DNA from: Glaucostegus cemiculus
Lineage: Eukaryota
NCBI GenBank assembly: GCA_976551045.1
Contig: CDPCPM010000011.1
Location: 22,382,001-22,446,000, forward strand
Length of the DNA stretch: 64,000 bases
Direction of reading: 5' to 3'
This document shows positions 27,400 through 43,114 of the stretch, piece by piece. Numbering within the stretch: the first letter of the stretch is position 1; each line of letters starts with the position of its first letter. A program made the position numbers and the translations under genes. The notes beneath the pieces were generated by a model. The model saw only the letters and a program-made list of their open reading frames with translations, did not search any database and was not told the DNA's origin.

Positions 27400-27695
27400 G
27401 ATCTCTTTATTAGTCACATGCATACCGAAACACACAGTGAAATGCATCTCTTGCATAGTGTATTCTGGGGGCAGCCCGCAAGTGTCGCCACACTTCCGGC
27501 ACCAACATAACATGCCCACAACTTCCTAACCCATACGTCTTTGGAATGTGGGAGGAAGCCAGAACACCCAGGGGAAACCCACGCAGACATGGGGAGAAGG
27601 GCGTACAAACTCCTTACAGACAGTGGTCGGAATTGAACCCGGGTCGCTGGCGCTGTAATAGCGTTACACTGACCGCTACACTACCGTGCCTGCCC
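27400..27695 (-). mobile_element. V-SINE type B
   Basis: Full-length GGGCAGGCACGGTAGTGTAGCGG head to TGTGACTAATAAAGA tail. Confidence 0.88.
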
Positions 27696-27705
27696 TAAAG
27701 GTTAC

Positions 27706-27778
27706 TGAAGAATGTGGGCATCGATCCCGCTACCTCTCGCATGCTAAGCGAGCGCTCTACCATTTGAGCTAATTCCCC
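27706..27778 (-). tRNA. tRNA-Ala(AGC) gene or young pseudogene
   Basis: GGGGAATTAGCTCAAATGGTAGAGCGCTCGCTTAGCATGCGAGAGGTAGCGGGATCGATGCCCACATTCTTCA; 73 nt cloverleaf, AGC anticodon, G3:U70; C:A mismatch in T-stem and G2:U71. Confidence 0.88.
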
Positions 27779-28624
27779 ATCAGTCTTTAAAAATGATTCC
27801 ACTTCAGTCTTTAAAAATAGATTCAATAGAGGGGAACCTGCAGCTATTTGGAATTCCAGGCTCACTTGGCAAGGCTGGTGCACAAGATAAAACCTCATAG
27901 TATTGGGGGAGTGTTTTAGCATGGATTAAAGACTAGTTATCTGATAGAAGACAGAGAGTCAGAATAAATGGGTCTTTTTCAGGACAGAAGGATGTAACTG
28001 GTGTAGATCCCTCAGTCTTGGCCCTCAGTTATTCACTACCTATATTAATACCTGGAGGAGGTGGCGGAATACAAGGGATCCAAGTTTGACGATGACATAA
28101 AAATATGTGGGAGGGCACGTTGCGATTGAACTCCGCAAAAGGATATAGATAGGTTGAGTGAGTGAGGCAAAACTTGGCAGGTGGAGTTGAACATGGGAAA
28201 GTGTGAGATCATGCACTATAGCAAGGGGAAGCGTCAAGGTCACCTTTGGAAACCAAATGTAGGTGTCCTGCAAGGTTGTTGCCCAACCTGCATTTCATTT
28301 CTGTATGTTTAGCTGAAGGGTCATTCGCCAACCTTTAGCATACAGTAATAAAGCAAAAGCGTTTCAGTCCTCGCATTGAAAAGAGAAGAACGGAGAAAGA
28401 TTGGTTATGAGTCGATAAGGCGAAAGAGTTAAAGAGGTCTACTAAATCTGACGCTGCCGAGCCTTTCTATCCGACGCCAATGTGGTAAAATGATATTGTT
28501 AGCTGCTGCTTGGTTAACTGTGTTTGAGCTGTGATCTCACTTTTACTTCAATATAGCCACTGTGACCAGGTCTGTAGTCACGTCAAACCTTTGCTTTGCT
28601 CTGGAAGGGGCAGAATATTTAATT

Positions 28625-28870
28625 TTTAATTTTATTTACAGTGTGGTAACAGGCCCTTTCGGCCCAATGAGTCCGTGCCGCCCATTTTAAACCCCCCAAA
28701 TTAACCTACCCGTACGTCTCTTAGAATGTGGAAGGAAACCGGAGCACCCGGAGGAAACCTACGCAGACACAGGAGAACGTACAAACTCCTTACAGACAGC
28801 AATGGGAATCGAACCCCGATTGCTGGCGCTGTAACAGCGTCGCGCTAACCGCTACGCTATCGTGCCGCCC
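28625..28870 (-). mobile_element. V-SINE type A
   Basis: Near-identical to copies at 42338, 46116, 54235, 56331. Confidence 0.88.
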
Positions 28871-30499
28871 AGCATAAGGAACACGTCACTGGTTCAGCTG
28901 CACGGGAGTCACTCCCCATCACGTGCATCCTTCACACTATGAGCACCACTGCCACCATTACGTTGCATTAATTATGTGGATGGACATGCCAGTGTGCAAA
29001 AGACTCTTGGTGAAGACTCGCCATTTCAAACTGTCCTTTCCGTGTCGGTCCATTGAGGGAGAGATGCTGAGCGAAGATGACCCATTGATGGCATGTGAAT
29101 GGTGGGCCAGGGATACCCAGCCGAGCCCCTTGCAATGGCCCTATATTGCTCCCATTGACATAAACATGGGAATTAGTCCACTCGCTCAGCAATCGATAAG
29201 GAAGTTAGTGAAACATGAGATTACAGTACATGACGTGTTCCAGGGAATGATTAATAGCCATTCTCTCCTGGTTGTGCTTGACTGACTGGCTGACACCAGA
29301 GTCAGTTTCATTGCTTAACCTCTAAAGACAATTCATGTCACTGCCCACAAGTTTATCCTGTGGGATTATTCAGACCACGCTCACACACTTCATGTGTGGC
29401 TGCTTACACACCTTAATACTACTGCCATATTATCCACACTGCTTGTCACCTCCAATAATGAGGACAATGACACAGTCTGCAGTTAATCATGGGTTCATGA
29501 GCAACAGTAGGCGTGATTTATCTCATATTGAAAAGAATAATATATTCGTTTAGAAAGAGATGGTTGAATCTACAGATTTTGTTATATTTTATTGTTCTTT
29601 ATGATTATCTATGCCGTGATTGTTCTCCTGATCTCTTTGTGTTACATGTACAAACATTGATGCTATATATTAATCTGTATTAATTTGAAAACTAATAAAA
29701 AGATTGAAAAAAAGAATTAAAAATTCACTAAATCCTAGGGAAGGAATAGCGACCGATTGTATCACCATTTTAAAGACGCACCGACTGTTCTGCTCATGAC
29801 TGTTACCGACACCACCCTAACAAACTCACTTGCAGTTTTTAAGTGAGTTTTTATTTACTTTTCACAGATCAACTGCAGAGGCCACCTGCAGCAATGTGTC
29901 CATAACAGGAGCGTGAGTGGTAAGTTGATGTTCAGCAGCCAAACCTCACCCCGATCTCAGCAGACTTCCACATAATGAAACCTTAACTGGGTGGGAATCT
30001 ACAGTAAGATCTTAGCTGCTCTCATTCTTTCCTTGGACTGATCCATAAGTTAATGTATCTTCAGTAGCAGGAACAGAAACAGGGAGGATTGAAGACTTAC
30101 TAGACTTGTTCAGACTTTGACGGAACAAACGAAGAGAAACTTCTCACTGGTGGGAATAATCTGAGGACACAAATTTAAGAAAAAACAGCCAAAAAAAAAA
30201 ACCAGAAGGGAAATGAGGAGGATTATTTTAATGCAGTGATATACTATGATTTAAAATGTACCTCCCCAAATCAGAAGGGATTTGGATTTAAAAAATTGAA
30301 AAGAATAAAAAATTCACTAAATCCAAGAGAAAGAATAGTGACCAATTGTATCGCCATTTTGAAGATGCACCAAATAGCCTCCTTCTGTGCTGTGTTACTC
30401 CTTGTTTTAACAAATCCCTTTTCTTCCAATAGTTAATGCAGTTCTAGCAGAAACTGGAATCAGGACTTGCCAGGTCTGTGTGACAATCAAAGGTGCCTA

Positions 30500-30670
<171 letters not shown>

Positions 30671-32490
30671 TCAGTTTGCATTAGAGGGAAGAGAGTTGAG
30701 TCAATCAAGCAAGGAATAAAGAGCCAACACAATTCAGCCAAAGAGTGGTGCCAGTTAGTACTGCATTAAGTCCAAATGAAGAGCCTCGACCTGAAACATA
30801 AACTGTTCACTTCCCTCTACAGATGCTGCCAGACCTGCTGAGTTCCTCCAGTAGTTTGTTGTTTTTTTTGCCATTCTCTTAAGTAATGATGTTTAGATTG
30901 TCATCTGTTATACATGGGCAGAATCCCGCTACCAGACTGGACAGTGTATATTCAACCAGTGATGCCCAGGTGGAATGGATGTTTGTACCATTGCCCATCA
31001 GGCAGGGGACATCTTACTGAGTACGTTGCCAATTTATCCCATTCAATGGAAATTTACTGTCATTCAACCTGAGGACGTTTGCAGTTAGCTGGCCTTGGGA
31101 CCTTGACACTGACCCTGGGACCTCAACACTGACTGTGTCCAATCTGGTACATTTGCAGCCACCACTACTGTTGCAAACATGCTTCATTCTCCTTGCTTTT
31201 CCAGTATTAGTGAATGAATTTCATTCCCATTGCTGTTTCTTATAATTCTTCCAAGCTTTTCTAAGTTATTTCCCCCTCTGTTTTGACATTACACTGCACC
31301 TCTCTCTTACTTTGTTGGCATGATTTTAGCACAGTTAGAGTGGGAAATATCAAAGTGATTTACAGTGAGAAATAGGTCTTTCTAAATGTTATGGTAACTG
31401 GGGTGTTCTGGAATTGCTGTAATGGGTGTATGGGAGTGTGCTACAATGGGAGGGGTATGGGATGTGGCAATGTTACAGAAGGGGGTGTATTGGAGAATGT
31501 TACAGTGAGAGGTGTAGGAGATAGCAGGATTTTATGGTATACAGAACCAGAGGCTCTGACAAAGTCGTGGGAGAAGGGGGAGATTTAGAAGTAGTATTCC
31601 ATAGAATGTTGCACTATATGAAATAAGCAACACAATATATTATGAAAATAAAAAAAAAAACTGCAGATGGCAGAAATTTGAAATAAAAACAGAAAATGCT
31701 GGAAATACTCAGCAGGTCAGGCAGCATCTGTGGAGATAGAAACAGAGTTAACATTTCAGGTCAAAGATCTTCATCAGAACAACGCGTTATGAGGAGTTTG
31801 GGGTATGTCTGTAAACACCGGGATGCATTCCAATGCAGTAAAAGCTATTGAGTAATTGAGGGGTTGCTCTTGGGAGTGGGTCTCACTCCAAGCACTGAAC
31901 AAGATGCCCCAGGACCCCTATTATTTGCATAAAGTACTGCAGGCTTAAGGCCAACTCCAGTAGTTTGGGACGTGAACTAAATCCCTTGGCTGGCCCGCTA
32001 CAGTTGCCCACTTGCTGCATTATGGCAGTTCAGGGAACAGAAATTCGCCCTTACAGAATTCACAACTCACTACTGAAAAAAACTGAGATATGGATCAAAA
32101 ATTCACTCTTATGGAATTTGTGTGAGAAAAAAATAGCTAAATACAAAATGCAAAAGAAACAATAAATTCTGATTTACGGAAAATCGTGATACAAATGTTT
32201 TTTCCAGGAATGCAACGTGGGGTTGCACTGTACTTGTGAACAAATCTGGGACCTGACGTTGCTCAGTAGCTGTGAGCTGGCAAAAGTCCGTGAGTTAATC
32301 CAGTTGATGCTTGAATATTTGTGACTTGGTTCAGTTTCTTTGAATTGCTTTTAACACTCCGGAGGTTATCCTGTACCTGAGAAACAGTCAATATCCCTAA
32401 ACAGATTGTGAAAGGGTGACCTAGTCTAAAATTACTGAACGTACCTGGAACCTGCTGAGTTATCCTTACACTAGTACTAAACTCTCTTCA

Positions 32491-32667
<177 letters not shown>

Positions 32668-32839
32668 TCAGGCAGGTGACCTTGCACAGAACCACATTAC
32701 GTTATTTATTCAGAACTAAAGTCTACAAAGCTGGTTCACTAGCGTCCTGGGTACTCACAATGTTACATCATTGCTGGGTTAACCACTGAGTATGGATTCC
32801 ATCAATGATGGGCAACCTTTTGTAAGATAACATAAGGTA

Positions 32840-33125
32840 CGATCTTTACTAGTCACATGTACATTGAAACACACAGTGAAACGCACCTTTTGCATAGAGT
32901 GTTCTTGGGGGGCAGCCCACAAGTGTCGCCACGCTTCCGGCGCCAACGTAGCACGCCCACAACTTCCTAACCTGTACGTCTTTGGAATGTGGGAGGAAAC
33001 CGGAGCACCCGGAGGAAACTCACGCAGACATGGGGAGAACATACAAACTCCTTACAGACAGCAGCCAGAATTGAACCTGGGTTGCTGGCGCTGTAAACCA
33101 TTGCACTAACCACTACATTATCATG
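32840..33125 (-). mobile_element. V-SINE type B
   Basis: V-domain plus Rex1-like tail. Confidence 0.85.
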
Positions 33126-33974
33126 TAAAAGTAATTGAGGGTGTAAGGGTTAATGTTGTTCAGCTTGTTGTGGCCTAACTATAGTTGAGATGCATTCTGT
33201 CCAGGCGTCTTGTGTAAATCAAAGAAGTAGTTAATTTAAGGAATATCCTGTCCTTGCGGTTAGCAGTTACCCTCGGAGTCTGGAGCTGCCTGACTTCAGA
33301 TTGCAACGTGATGAACTGCTGCTGGGTTACAGACAAAGATAAAGAGAAAGAGAAATAGAGGATAATGAGGGAAAGAATAAATCATTATAATTAAGAAAAA
33401 ATAAATTGTTAGAATAGCTTGGTGCGTGAAACTTAAGCACATAGGCTTCTTTTTTTAAGTATAAAAGAGGGCCCTAGCATTGAATCTTTGAGTGAGTATC
33501 AGTATAGAGTTCAGGTTGTGCTGCTAACTCTTCCTCTGTATCCCTCACTCCCGCTAGCATTAACGATAATAAAGCAGTGATCATAATTTCTTTGGTTCTG
33601 CAGTTGTCTGATTTATTACAGAGCACGAGTCGACTATTACATTTGTACAAGGGTGAAACCGGAACTGAAAGGCTGGTATCTAGTTACCCAGTGCAGCCCT
33701 CTTTTCAAGATGTTGGTTGTTTTCTGAGCATTGTAAGTACTGAGAATGTTAAACGTTACCACTGTCCATTGACTGGCCAACATTTGCCAATGCCTGCCCT
33801 TCTCAGGATGCAAGTTCATACTCCTATCAGTCCAGGACCAAAACGTGGCCAAAACACCGACTTTCGCCCCACATTTAGCTACTAATGACACCGGAGGAAA
33901 CTATTTGGCCTATCAGGTCATTGCCAGCCCCTATTGGAGAGATCCCATCTCATTGCCACTCTTACTTCCCGGTA

Positions 33975-34590
33975 GTCATAGAGTCATACAGCATGGAAAC
34001 AGGCCCTTCAGCCCAACTGGTCCATGCTGACCAAGATGCCCATCAAGCCAGTCCCATTTGCCTGTGTTTGGCCCATAACCTGCTAAACCTTCCCAATCCA
34101 TGTACCTGTCCAACTATCTCTTAAAAGTTGTTGTTGTACCTGCCTCAACCACTTCCTCTGGCACCTCATCCCACATAGATACCACCCTGTGTGTAAAAAA
34201 AACTTGCCCCTCTCACCTTCCTATCAAATCTCTCCCCTCTCACCTTAAACCTCTGCCCTCTAGTTCTTGATTCCCCAACCCTGGGGAAAAAGACTGTGTG
34301 CATTCACTCTGTCTCTGCCCCTCATGATTTTTACACCCCTCTATAAGATCACCTCTCAGTCTCCCACATTCCAGGGAATAAAGTCCTAGCCTGTCCAACC
34401 TCTCCCTGTAACTCAGTCCCTCAAGTCCTGGCAACATTCTTGTAAATCTTCTCTACACTCTTTCCAGATTAATGGCATCCTTCCTGCAGCAGGGCAACCA
34501 AAACTGAACACAATACTTCAAGTGCGACCTCACCAGCGTCCTGTACAACCGCACCATGACCTCCCAACTTTTATATCCAGTGCCTTGACT
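33975..34590 (-). mobile_element. CR1-like LINE 3' fragment
   Basis: MLPGLEGLSYRERLDRLGLYSLECGRLRGDLIE. Confidence 0.88.
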
Positions 34591-34914
34591 GATGATAGTC
34601 CTGCAGCTTATTCTGTCTCACATGCCCGTCGAATCCCCTTGAATCCTTTTCATACTTACCCACGCTAAGGGATGAATTACAACAGCCAAATAACCTAACT
34701 GCAGGTGAGTGGGAGGCGAGAAGAACCCGGAACACCCAGGGAGCACCCATGCAGTCACAGGGAGAACGACCATACTCCACACAGGATTGAACCAAGGACT
34801 GAACCACGGTGCCGCCCACTGATCCAACTTGAATATGACCCTCGTTCCCAAAGGTGACAGGTCAATGACCGTGCCTTTTGCCATCCCCTGCCCTGTCCCT
34901 AGATACAGAAGGTG

Positions 34915-35471
<557 letters not shown>

Positions 35472-35564
35472 TTAAATTAATCCCACCTGCCTCATGTGGT
35501 CTATATTCCTTCATTTCCTGCCTATTCACATGCCTTTCTAAATGCCTCTTAAGCTCCACTCAGC

Positions 35565-35855
35565 TGGCAGGGTAGTGTAGCAGTTAGCATAACACTATTA
35601 CAGCGCCAGCGACCCGGGTTCAATTCTGGCCGCTGTCTGTAAGGAGTTTGTACGTTCTCCCTGTGTGTCTGCGTGGGTTTACTCCGGGTGCTCCTGTTTC
35701 CTCCCACATTCCAAAGACGTATAGGTTAGGAAGTTGCGGGCGTGCTATGTTGGTGCCAGAAGCGTGGCGACACTTGTGGGCTGCACCCAGAACACTCTGC
35801 GCAAAAGGTGTATTTCACTGTGTGTTTCAATGTACGTGTGACTAATAAATAAATA
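35565..35855 (+). mobile_element. V-SINE type B inserted in a CR1 tail
   Basis: Head, V-domain and tail present; CR1 sequence resumes at about 35875. Confidence 0.85.
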
Positions 35856-37129
35856 TCTCATCTTATCTTGTGTTGTGTCTGCTTCTACCATTACCCCAGA
35901 CAGCCCATTCCAGGCACCCACCACTCTCTGTGTAAAAAATTCTGGCTGTCTACCTTAGCTACACCTCTCATAATTTTGTAAACTTCAATCAGGTCTCTCC
36001 TCAGCTTCCAACACTGCAGAGAAAATGCCTACTTAGTGTCACTGAACTCCATTGTCCACCACTGTTACCAGCTCTGCTCTGTCCCCATGTATTATTAGTT
36101 TACCCTCTGCATTAATGGGTGGGTAAAATGCCCTTCCCCAATTTCTTTTTTGCATACACTAAATCTTTTGTCCTGCCGATGTGTCTGACTCTGCTCAACC
36201 ACACTGTTACCTGTCTTTGCCTTACGAAGCTACACATACATTGTCCTCCACTATTGTACAGTCTATTCAATGGCAAACACTTAAAGAAATAATTCAGAAT
36301 TCTCAACAGGTTTACATTGCTTTGAAGCATAAAAACTCCATGGAAAAGTAGCCAAATGGTGGGTAACTTGAGAAGAATAGAATTATTTTAAGCTTTGGAT
36401 GCTACCAAGAAGAACAGTAAGGCTGAACATTAGAAGGGTTTTAGAAAATGGCAAAGGATGACCAAGGAATGTTCAGAATTAAACTAAAGGCAGTCAACGA
36501 ACGGTCATTTTGTTGAAATAAAAACAGAAAATGTTGGAAAAAATCAGAAGGTCGGGCAGCATCTGCGGAAAGAGAAACGGTTAACTATTTCTCATCTGGG
36601 TCCCTTCATCAGAATCACTCTTTGATTCCCGGGATGAGGAGGAGCCTTCGAGGGAGAAAATGGGCAAAGTCAGCCTGCACACTCCGCGGTATGAAGAAGT
36701 GAAAGGTGATCTCATATAAAATTCCAAGAGATCTTTAATGGACAAGTGCTGAGATCCCCCGATTGGAGAGCCTAGAACCAAGGGTCACATCTCAGAATCA
36801 CTGATCAGATCTTTGGAAGAGCGGACACCTGGTACTTGAGTATTTTTAAGGACTAGATCAATGCATTTCCAATGCCAAGGGAATTAAGGATAACAGAAGA
36901 CCATGGACTTAAAGTAGAAGATCCACCATGATCACGATGAATGCTGGAGCAAGCTCGAGACTACTTAGCTGCCTACTGTACCTAATGTTCTTCCACATAT
37001 TTCACTGAGGAATGTTTTAGAGTATTTTCCACTCCTTTGCAACAATGCTGTGTACCTCTTTGTTACCCTGTTGCTATGCAGAAGCTACTGATTTTAACAC
37101 AGTTGTACTGGGAAATATCAAAATGATTT

Positions 37130-38990
37130 AGAGTTCATACAGTTATACAGCATGGAAAGAGGCCCTTCAGCCCAACTGGTCCTTGCTAACCAGGATGCTC
37201 CATGCAAGCCAGTCCCATTTGCCAGTATTTGACCCATAACCTTCTAAACCTTCCCAATCCATGTACCGGTCCAACCGTCTTTTAAAAGTTGTTATTGTAC
37301 CTGCCTCAACCACTTCCTCTGGCAGCTCGTTCCACATAGGTACCATCCTTTGTCTGAAAACATTGCCCCCTCAAGTTCCTATTAAACCTTTCCCCTCTCA
37401 CCTTAAATGTATGTCCTCTAGTTCTTGATTCCCCAGCCCTGGGGGAAAAGACTGAGTGCGTTCACCCTATCTGTGCCCCTCATGATTTTATACACCTCTA
37501 CAAGATCACCCATTTCCTCTCCTACGCTCCAGTGAATAAAGTCCTAGTCTGCTCAACCTCTCTCAATAACTCAGTCCCTCAAGTCCCGGCAATGTCCTCG
37601 TAGATCTTTTTCTGCACTCTTTCCAGCTTAATGGCATCTTTCCTACAGCGGGGTGACCAAAACTGCACGCAATATTCCAAGTGCAGCCTCACCAACATCT
37701 CATACAACTGCAACATAACCTCCCAACTTCTATACTCAATGCCCTGAATGAAGGCCAGCGTGCCAAAAACCTTCTTCATCACTGACTACCTGTGACGCCA
37801 CTTTCAGGGAACCACGTACCTGAACTCCAAGGTCCTTCTGTTCTACAACACTGTGCCCTTCACTGTGAAAGTCCTACCCTCATTTATCTTCCCAAAATGC
37901 AACACCGCGCACTTATCTAAATTAAACTCCATTTGCCATTCCTCAGCCCACTTACACCGTTGACCAAGATTCTGCTGTAATTTGTGATAACCACCCTCAC
38001 TGACTATGACACCACTTATTCTAGTGTCATCTGCAAACTTACTAACCAAGCCTTGTACATTCTTATCCAAATCATTGATATTGATAACAAATAACAATGG
38101 GCCCAGCACCGGCCCCTGAGGCACACCTCTAGTCACAGGCCTCCAGTCTGAGAAACAACCTTCTAACATCACTTTCTGCTTCCTACCATCAAGACAATTG
38201 TGTATCCAATCAGCCAGCTCTCCCTGGATCCCATGCAATCTAACTTCCCATAGCAGCTTACCAGGGGAATCTTATCAAAGGCCTTTCTGAAGTCCATATA
38301 GACTACATCTACTACCCTGCCCTCATCGACCTTCTTGGTTACTTCTTCTAAAAACTCAATTAAATTTGTGAGACATGATCTCCCACACACAAAGCCATAC
38401 TGACTATCCTTAATAAGCCCCTCTCTATCTAAGTGCATGTATATCTTACTCCTCAGAATCCCCTCCACTCTTACTGGTCTATAATTCCCAGGCTTTTCTT
38501 TGCCTTCTTAAATAAAGGCACAACATCTGCCACCCTCCAGCACTCTGACACCCCACCCGTGGCTAACAATGACGCATATATCTCAGCCAGGGGTCCCGCA
38601 ATTTCTCCTCTGGCTTCCCAGAGTGTTTCTGGATATAGCCGGTCAGGCTCTGGAGATTTATCTACCTTCATATGTTTTAAGACATCCCGCACTTCCTCTG
38701 CTGTAATGTAGACTGTCCCCAGGTCGCCCCCAGCAACTATCTCAAGTTCCAAAGTCTTTCGCCATGGTAAAAACAGAGGAGAAATACTCATTGAAGACTT
38801 TGCCCATCTCCTGTGGCTCCACACATAGATGTCCGTAGGGTCTCTGAGCGGCCCTATTCTCTCCCTGGTTACTCTTCTACCCTTAATATACTTACAAAAT
38901 CTCTTTTGATTCTCCTTAATCTTCTCTGCCAAAGTGAGCTCATGGCCCCCTTTTGCCCTCTGATTTCCTTCTCAAGTATACTACAGCGTC
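37130..38990 (-). mobile_element. CR1-like LINE, about 1.85 kb, frameshifted RT core plus 3' end
   Basis: SQYGFVCGRSCLTNLIEF, VVYMDFRKAFDK, GVPQGPVLGPLLF, KFADD, WQMEFN; split over several frames. Confidence 0.92.
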
Positions 38991-39320
38991 GTCCTATTTA
39001 TAGTGAAAGAGTAAGGCTTGCCAAATATTATAGTCACAGGACTGGGGTAATAATGAGTGTTACAATGAGAGTACAGCAATGTTACAGAAAGCAGCGCATC
39101 AGAGAATGAGAGGTGTGGGAGATAACAGAGTGTTACTGTGGAGGGTATCAGAGGTTGTGACAGAGTCTTGCGGGAGAAAGCAGGGATTGAGTAGTACTTC
39201 AGAGAACGTTACACTACATGAAATAAGCAACAGAATATGCTATGAGGAGTGTTAGGTTTATCTTGAACTTTGCCATGCAGTCCAATATAGCCAGGTGACA
39301 TTGTATTAAAGGAGGGGTTA

Positions 39321-40162
<842 letters not shown>

Positions 40163-40384
40163 CAATAGATTCATTCTATACTCTGGCAGGATTTTACAAT
40201 GTATTTCTGTTGTTCTGGATATCAGTCGAGATAATGTCACAAAAGACCAAGTTAAAATAGAACAGCATTTCTCTGCTAAACTTCAACAGGTACCTCACTG
40301 GTGATAAATGATTCTGAAGTTAAATACATATGTAGACAACCACAGCTAACCAAAGGATTATCAAAATTCTCATCCCACACAGTA

Positions 40385-40928
40385 GATAAGATCTTTATTT
40401 TAATTTTTTTTTAAATTTTATTTACAGCGTGGTAACAGGCCCTTTCGGCCCAATGAGTCCACGCCGCCCATTTTAAACCGCCAAATTAACCTACCCATAC
40501 GTCTTTCAGAATGTGGGAGGAAACCGGAGCACCCGGAGGAAACCCACGCAGACACGGGAGAACGTACAAACTCCTTACAGACAGCTACTGGAATCGAACC
40601 CCGATCGCTGGCGCTGTAACAGCGTCGCGCTAACCACTACTCTATCGTGCCACATGTACATCGAAACACACAGTGAAATACATCTTTTTGCGTAGTGATT
40701 TTGGGGGGCAGCCCGCAAGTGTCGCCACGCTTCCAACGCCAACATAGCACACCCACAACTTCCTCACCTGTACATCTTTGGAATGTGGGAGGAAACCGGA
40801 GCACCCGGAGGAAACCCACACAGACACAGGGAGAATGTACAAACTCCTTACAGACAGCAGCCGGATTTGAACCTGGGTCTCTGGCACTTTAAAGCATTGT
40901 GCTAACCACTATGCTACCGTGCTTGCCT
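40385..40928 (-). mobile_element. V-SINE type A nested in the tail of V-SINE type B
   Basis: Type B tail split between ATCTTTATT (to 40399) and CACATGTACATCG (from 40651). Confidence 0.82.
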
Positions 40929-41524
40929 AGGTGGTATAGATTTATACATGAACTAGTGTGCACTGATGTGGCCCTTAGATTCTGCAGTGGCAAAAACAGG
41001 AATAACATTGGACATCAATGAGTGTAGTTGTAACTTGTCTTCCCATGGCTCTGTGTACAGGGGAAGTACTGCTCTCTGTGACCACACTGGACAGTGTGCA
41101 GTCTGTCAGCCAGCTTAGCTGGGATAGAAGGACATTGCACTTGAACTCAAGAGTTGTCGAACTGAAGGAGTTGATGAACCAGGTTACGATTCTGTGGCAC
41201 CCTTTAGGGATGTGTGCACTTGAATAAATAACGTGAAGTCAACAAGGCTTTGCTCTGACACTGCTTGGGCTGTTATATGAAAGATGGATAAGATACAGGA
41301 GACGCCCCCTGACTGTGGAACCAGCAACCTCGTCCCCATCTGAATAAGGCAAAAGATTCAATGCTGCTGAAACCAAACGTGAGAAATGAGCCTTTTGAAT
41401 TATTTTCAACGTCTCTAAAAACATGTTCAGATGGGGAAAGAATAAATCATTGTTAAAAACTACTCTCTCAATGTGCGTGTGAATGGATTAATGACACACT
41501 TCCTCCCTCTTTACAGTCCCTTGG

Positions 41525-42330
41525 GGTCAATGACGGCTTGCTTCCATTCCAGTTCTACGGGCCGTGGGGTGACTGAAGGGTTCCGTATGGGATCTGTAGA
41601 TCCCGCCACAGGTGGGTCTGGAGGTGCTTGAGGAGCCAGGTGGGTGGGTAGTGCGGGATGCTGCTGTTTGTACCCGACCTCTGTCTACTCCTGTTGTCCT
41701 GATGCAGGGTTTTGACCCGAAACGTCGACAATTCCTTTCCTCCCACAGACGCTGCTCGACCGGCTGAGTGCCCCCAGCAGATTGTTTGTTGCTCCAGATT
41801 CCAGAGCCTGCAGCCTCTTGTGTCTCCCGTGGTAGGTGTTCCTTTTCCATTTTGAGCAGTCACGGGCTAGAGATTCCCGTGGGTCAGTGAGGATGTTATA
41901 TTTTGACCAAGGGAATTTTGAGAGGACCACCATCATCCTGGCAATCTCCTCCCATGACTGAGTGGAGAGCCCATTTCGGACATCTGGTGTCGGGCGCGTG
42001 AACAACGTGACCTGTCCACTGAAGCTGGTTGAGTGTAATTCGAGCCCGTTGGGTGTTGGGAGAGGACGTTGGCATTGGTTCACTTGGAGGATTTGGAGGA
42101 ATCCTCACATGTGGAGGATCTTGCAGAGATGGCACTGGTGACTTCTCCCCGTTGCTTTGAGATCCATGCTCTGTGTTATCTGTATGTCCACTGCATACAG
42201 GAGGGAAGGGGTCATGTCTGTTCAGTAAGCTGCAAGCCAGTTGGCAGGTTTGAGGTCTTCAAACCATTTTTCTTCAGTAGCTCGAAAGCTGCAATGGCAA
42301 AACGCTTGAGTTGAATTTAACCATTGATGT
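41525..42330 (-). mobile_element. RTE-clade LINE 3' fragment interrupted by a Penelope-like repeat
   Basis: LNQLQWTGHVVHAPDTRCPK and PTCGGIYRSH...FSH resemble RTE ORF C-terminal motifs. Confidence 0.65.
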
Positions 42331-42337
42331 CCGTCTT

Positions 42338-42580
42338 TGGGCGGCACGATAGCGTAGCGGTTAGCGCGACGCTGTTACAGCGCCAGCGATCGGGGTTCGA
42401 TTCCCATCGCTGACTGTAAGGAGTTTGTACGTTCTCCCCGTGTCCGCGTGGGTTTCCTCCGGGTGCTCCGGTTTCCTCCCACGTTCTAAAGACGTACGGG
42501 TAGGTTAACATGGGGGTTTAAAATGGGCGGCGTGGACTCGTTGGGCCGAAAGGGCCTGTTATCACGCTGTAAATAAAATT
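42338..42580 (+). mobile_element. V-SINE type A, consensus-like with CpGs intact
   Basis: GGGCGGCACGATAGCGTAGCGGTTAGCGCG...GGTTCGATTCCC (A/B boxes)...GCTGTAAATAAA. Confidence 0.9.
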
Positions 42581-43114
42581 TAACTAATTTCGTCACGAGG
42601 TGGCTCCAGGGTGTCTGGCCATGGATCTTGACCTGTCAGGGTGTTGTGCTGCATGGTGGGGCAGGCTGGTTGAGGATCTTTGCCTTCCCGATGATCTTCC
42701 TAGTGGAAGACCCATCCCATTGTACACATCAGCGAAGGAGTCAACCATAACCTGGAGTTCCACCTCTGAGTGTTAACATATACAAGCCCATGGCAAACTG
42801 ATGGCGAGCTGGGGTGACCTGGTCCTGAATTAGAGACAAGAACACTTCCAGCTCTGTGCATAATGACAATCTGCATCATGTCTTCCATGTAAGTGTAGGG
42901 TATCTTTGGAGGTATTTTGACTAAATGGAAGATAGGAGCTGGGTGGGTGCAGTCACTGAGAAATGCTTACATGAAGATGAATTTAGTACATCACTTTGAG
43001 GCTGTTATACAATTGATTTAAAAGTCCCGCCGACGCTGAGTCTGACAGCTGCAGCTTTAGAACGTAAGCACCAGTCAAACGTAATGTTCCTCGAGACACA
43101 AGAAACTGCAGTTT

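Noticed and set aside
37130-38990. Active autonomous CR1 element
   Set aside because: 5'-truncated, lacks endonuclease, multiple frameshifts and deletions
42338-42410. SINE heads as tRNA genes
   Set aside because: A/B boxes are present but run straight into the V-domain and LINE tail; multi-copy SINE
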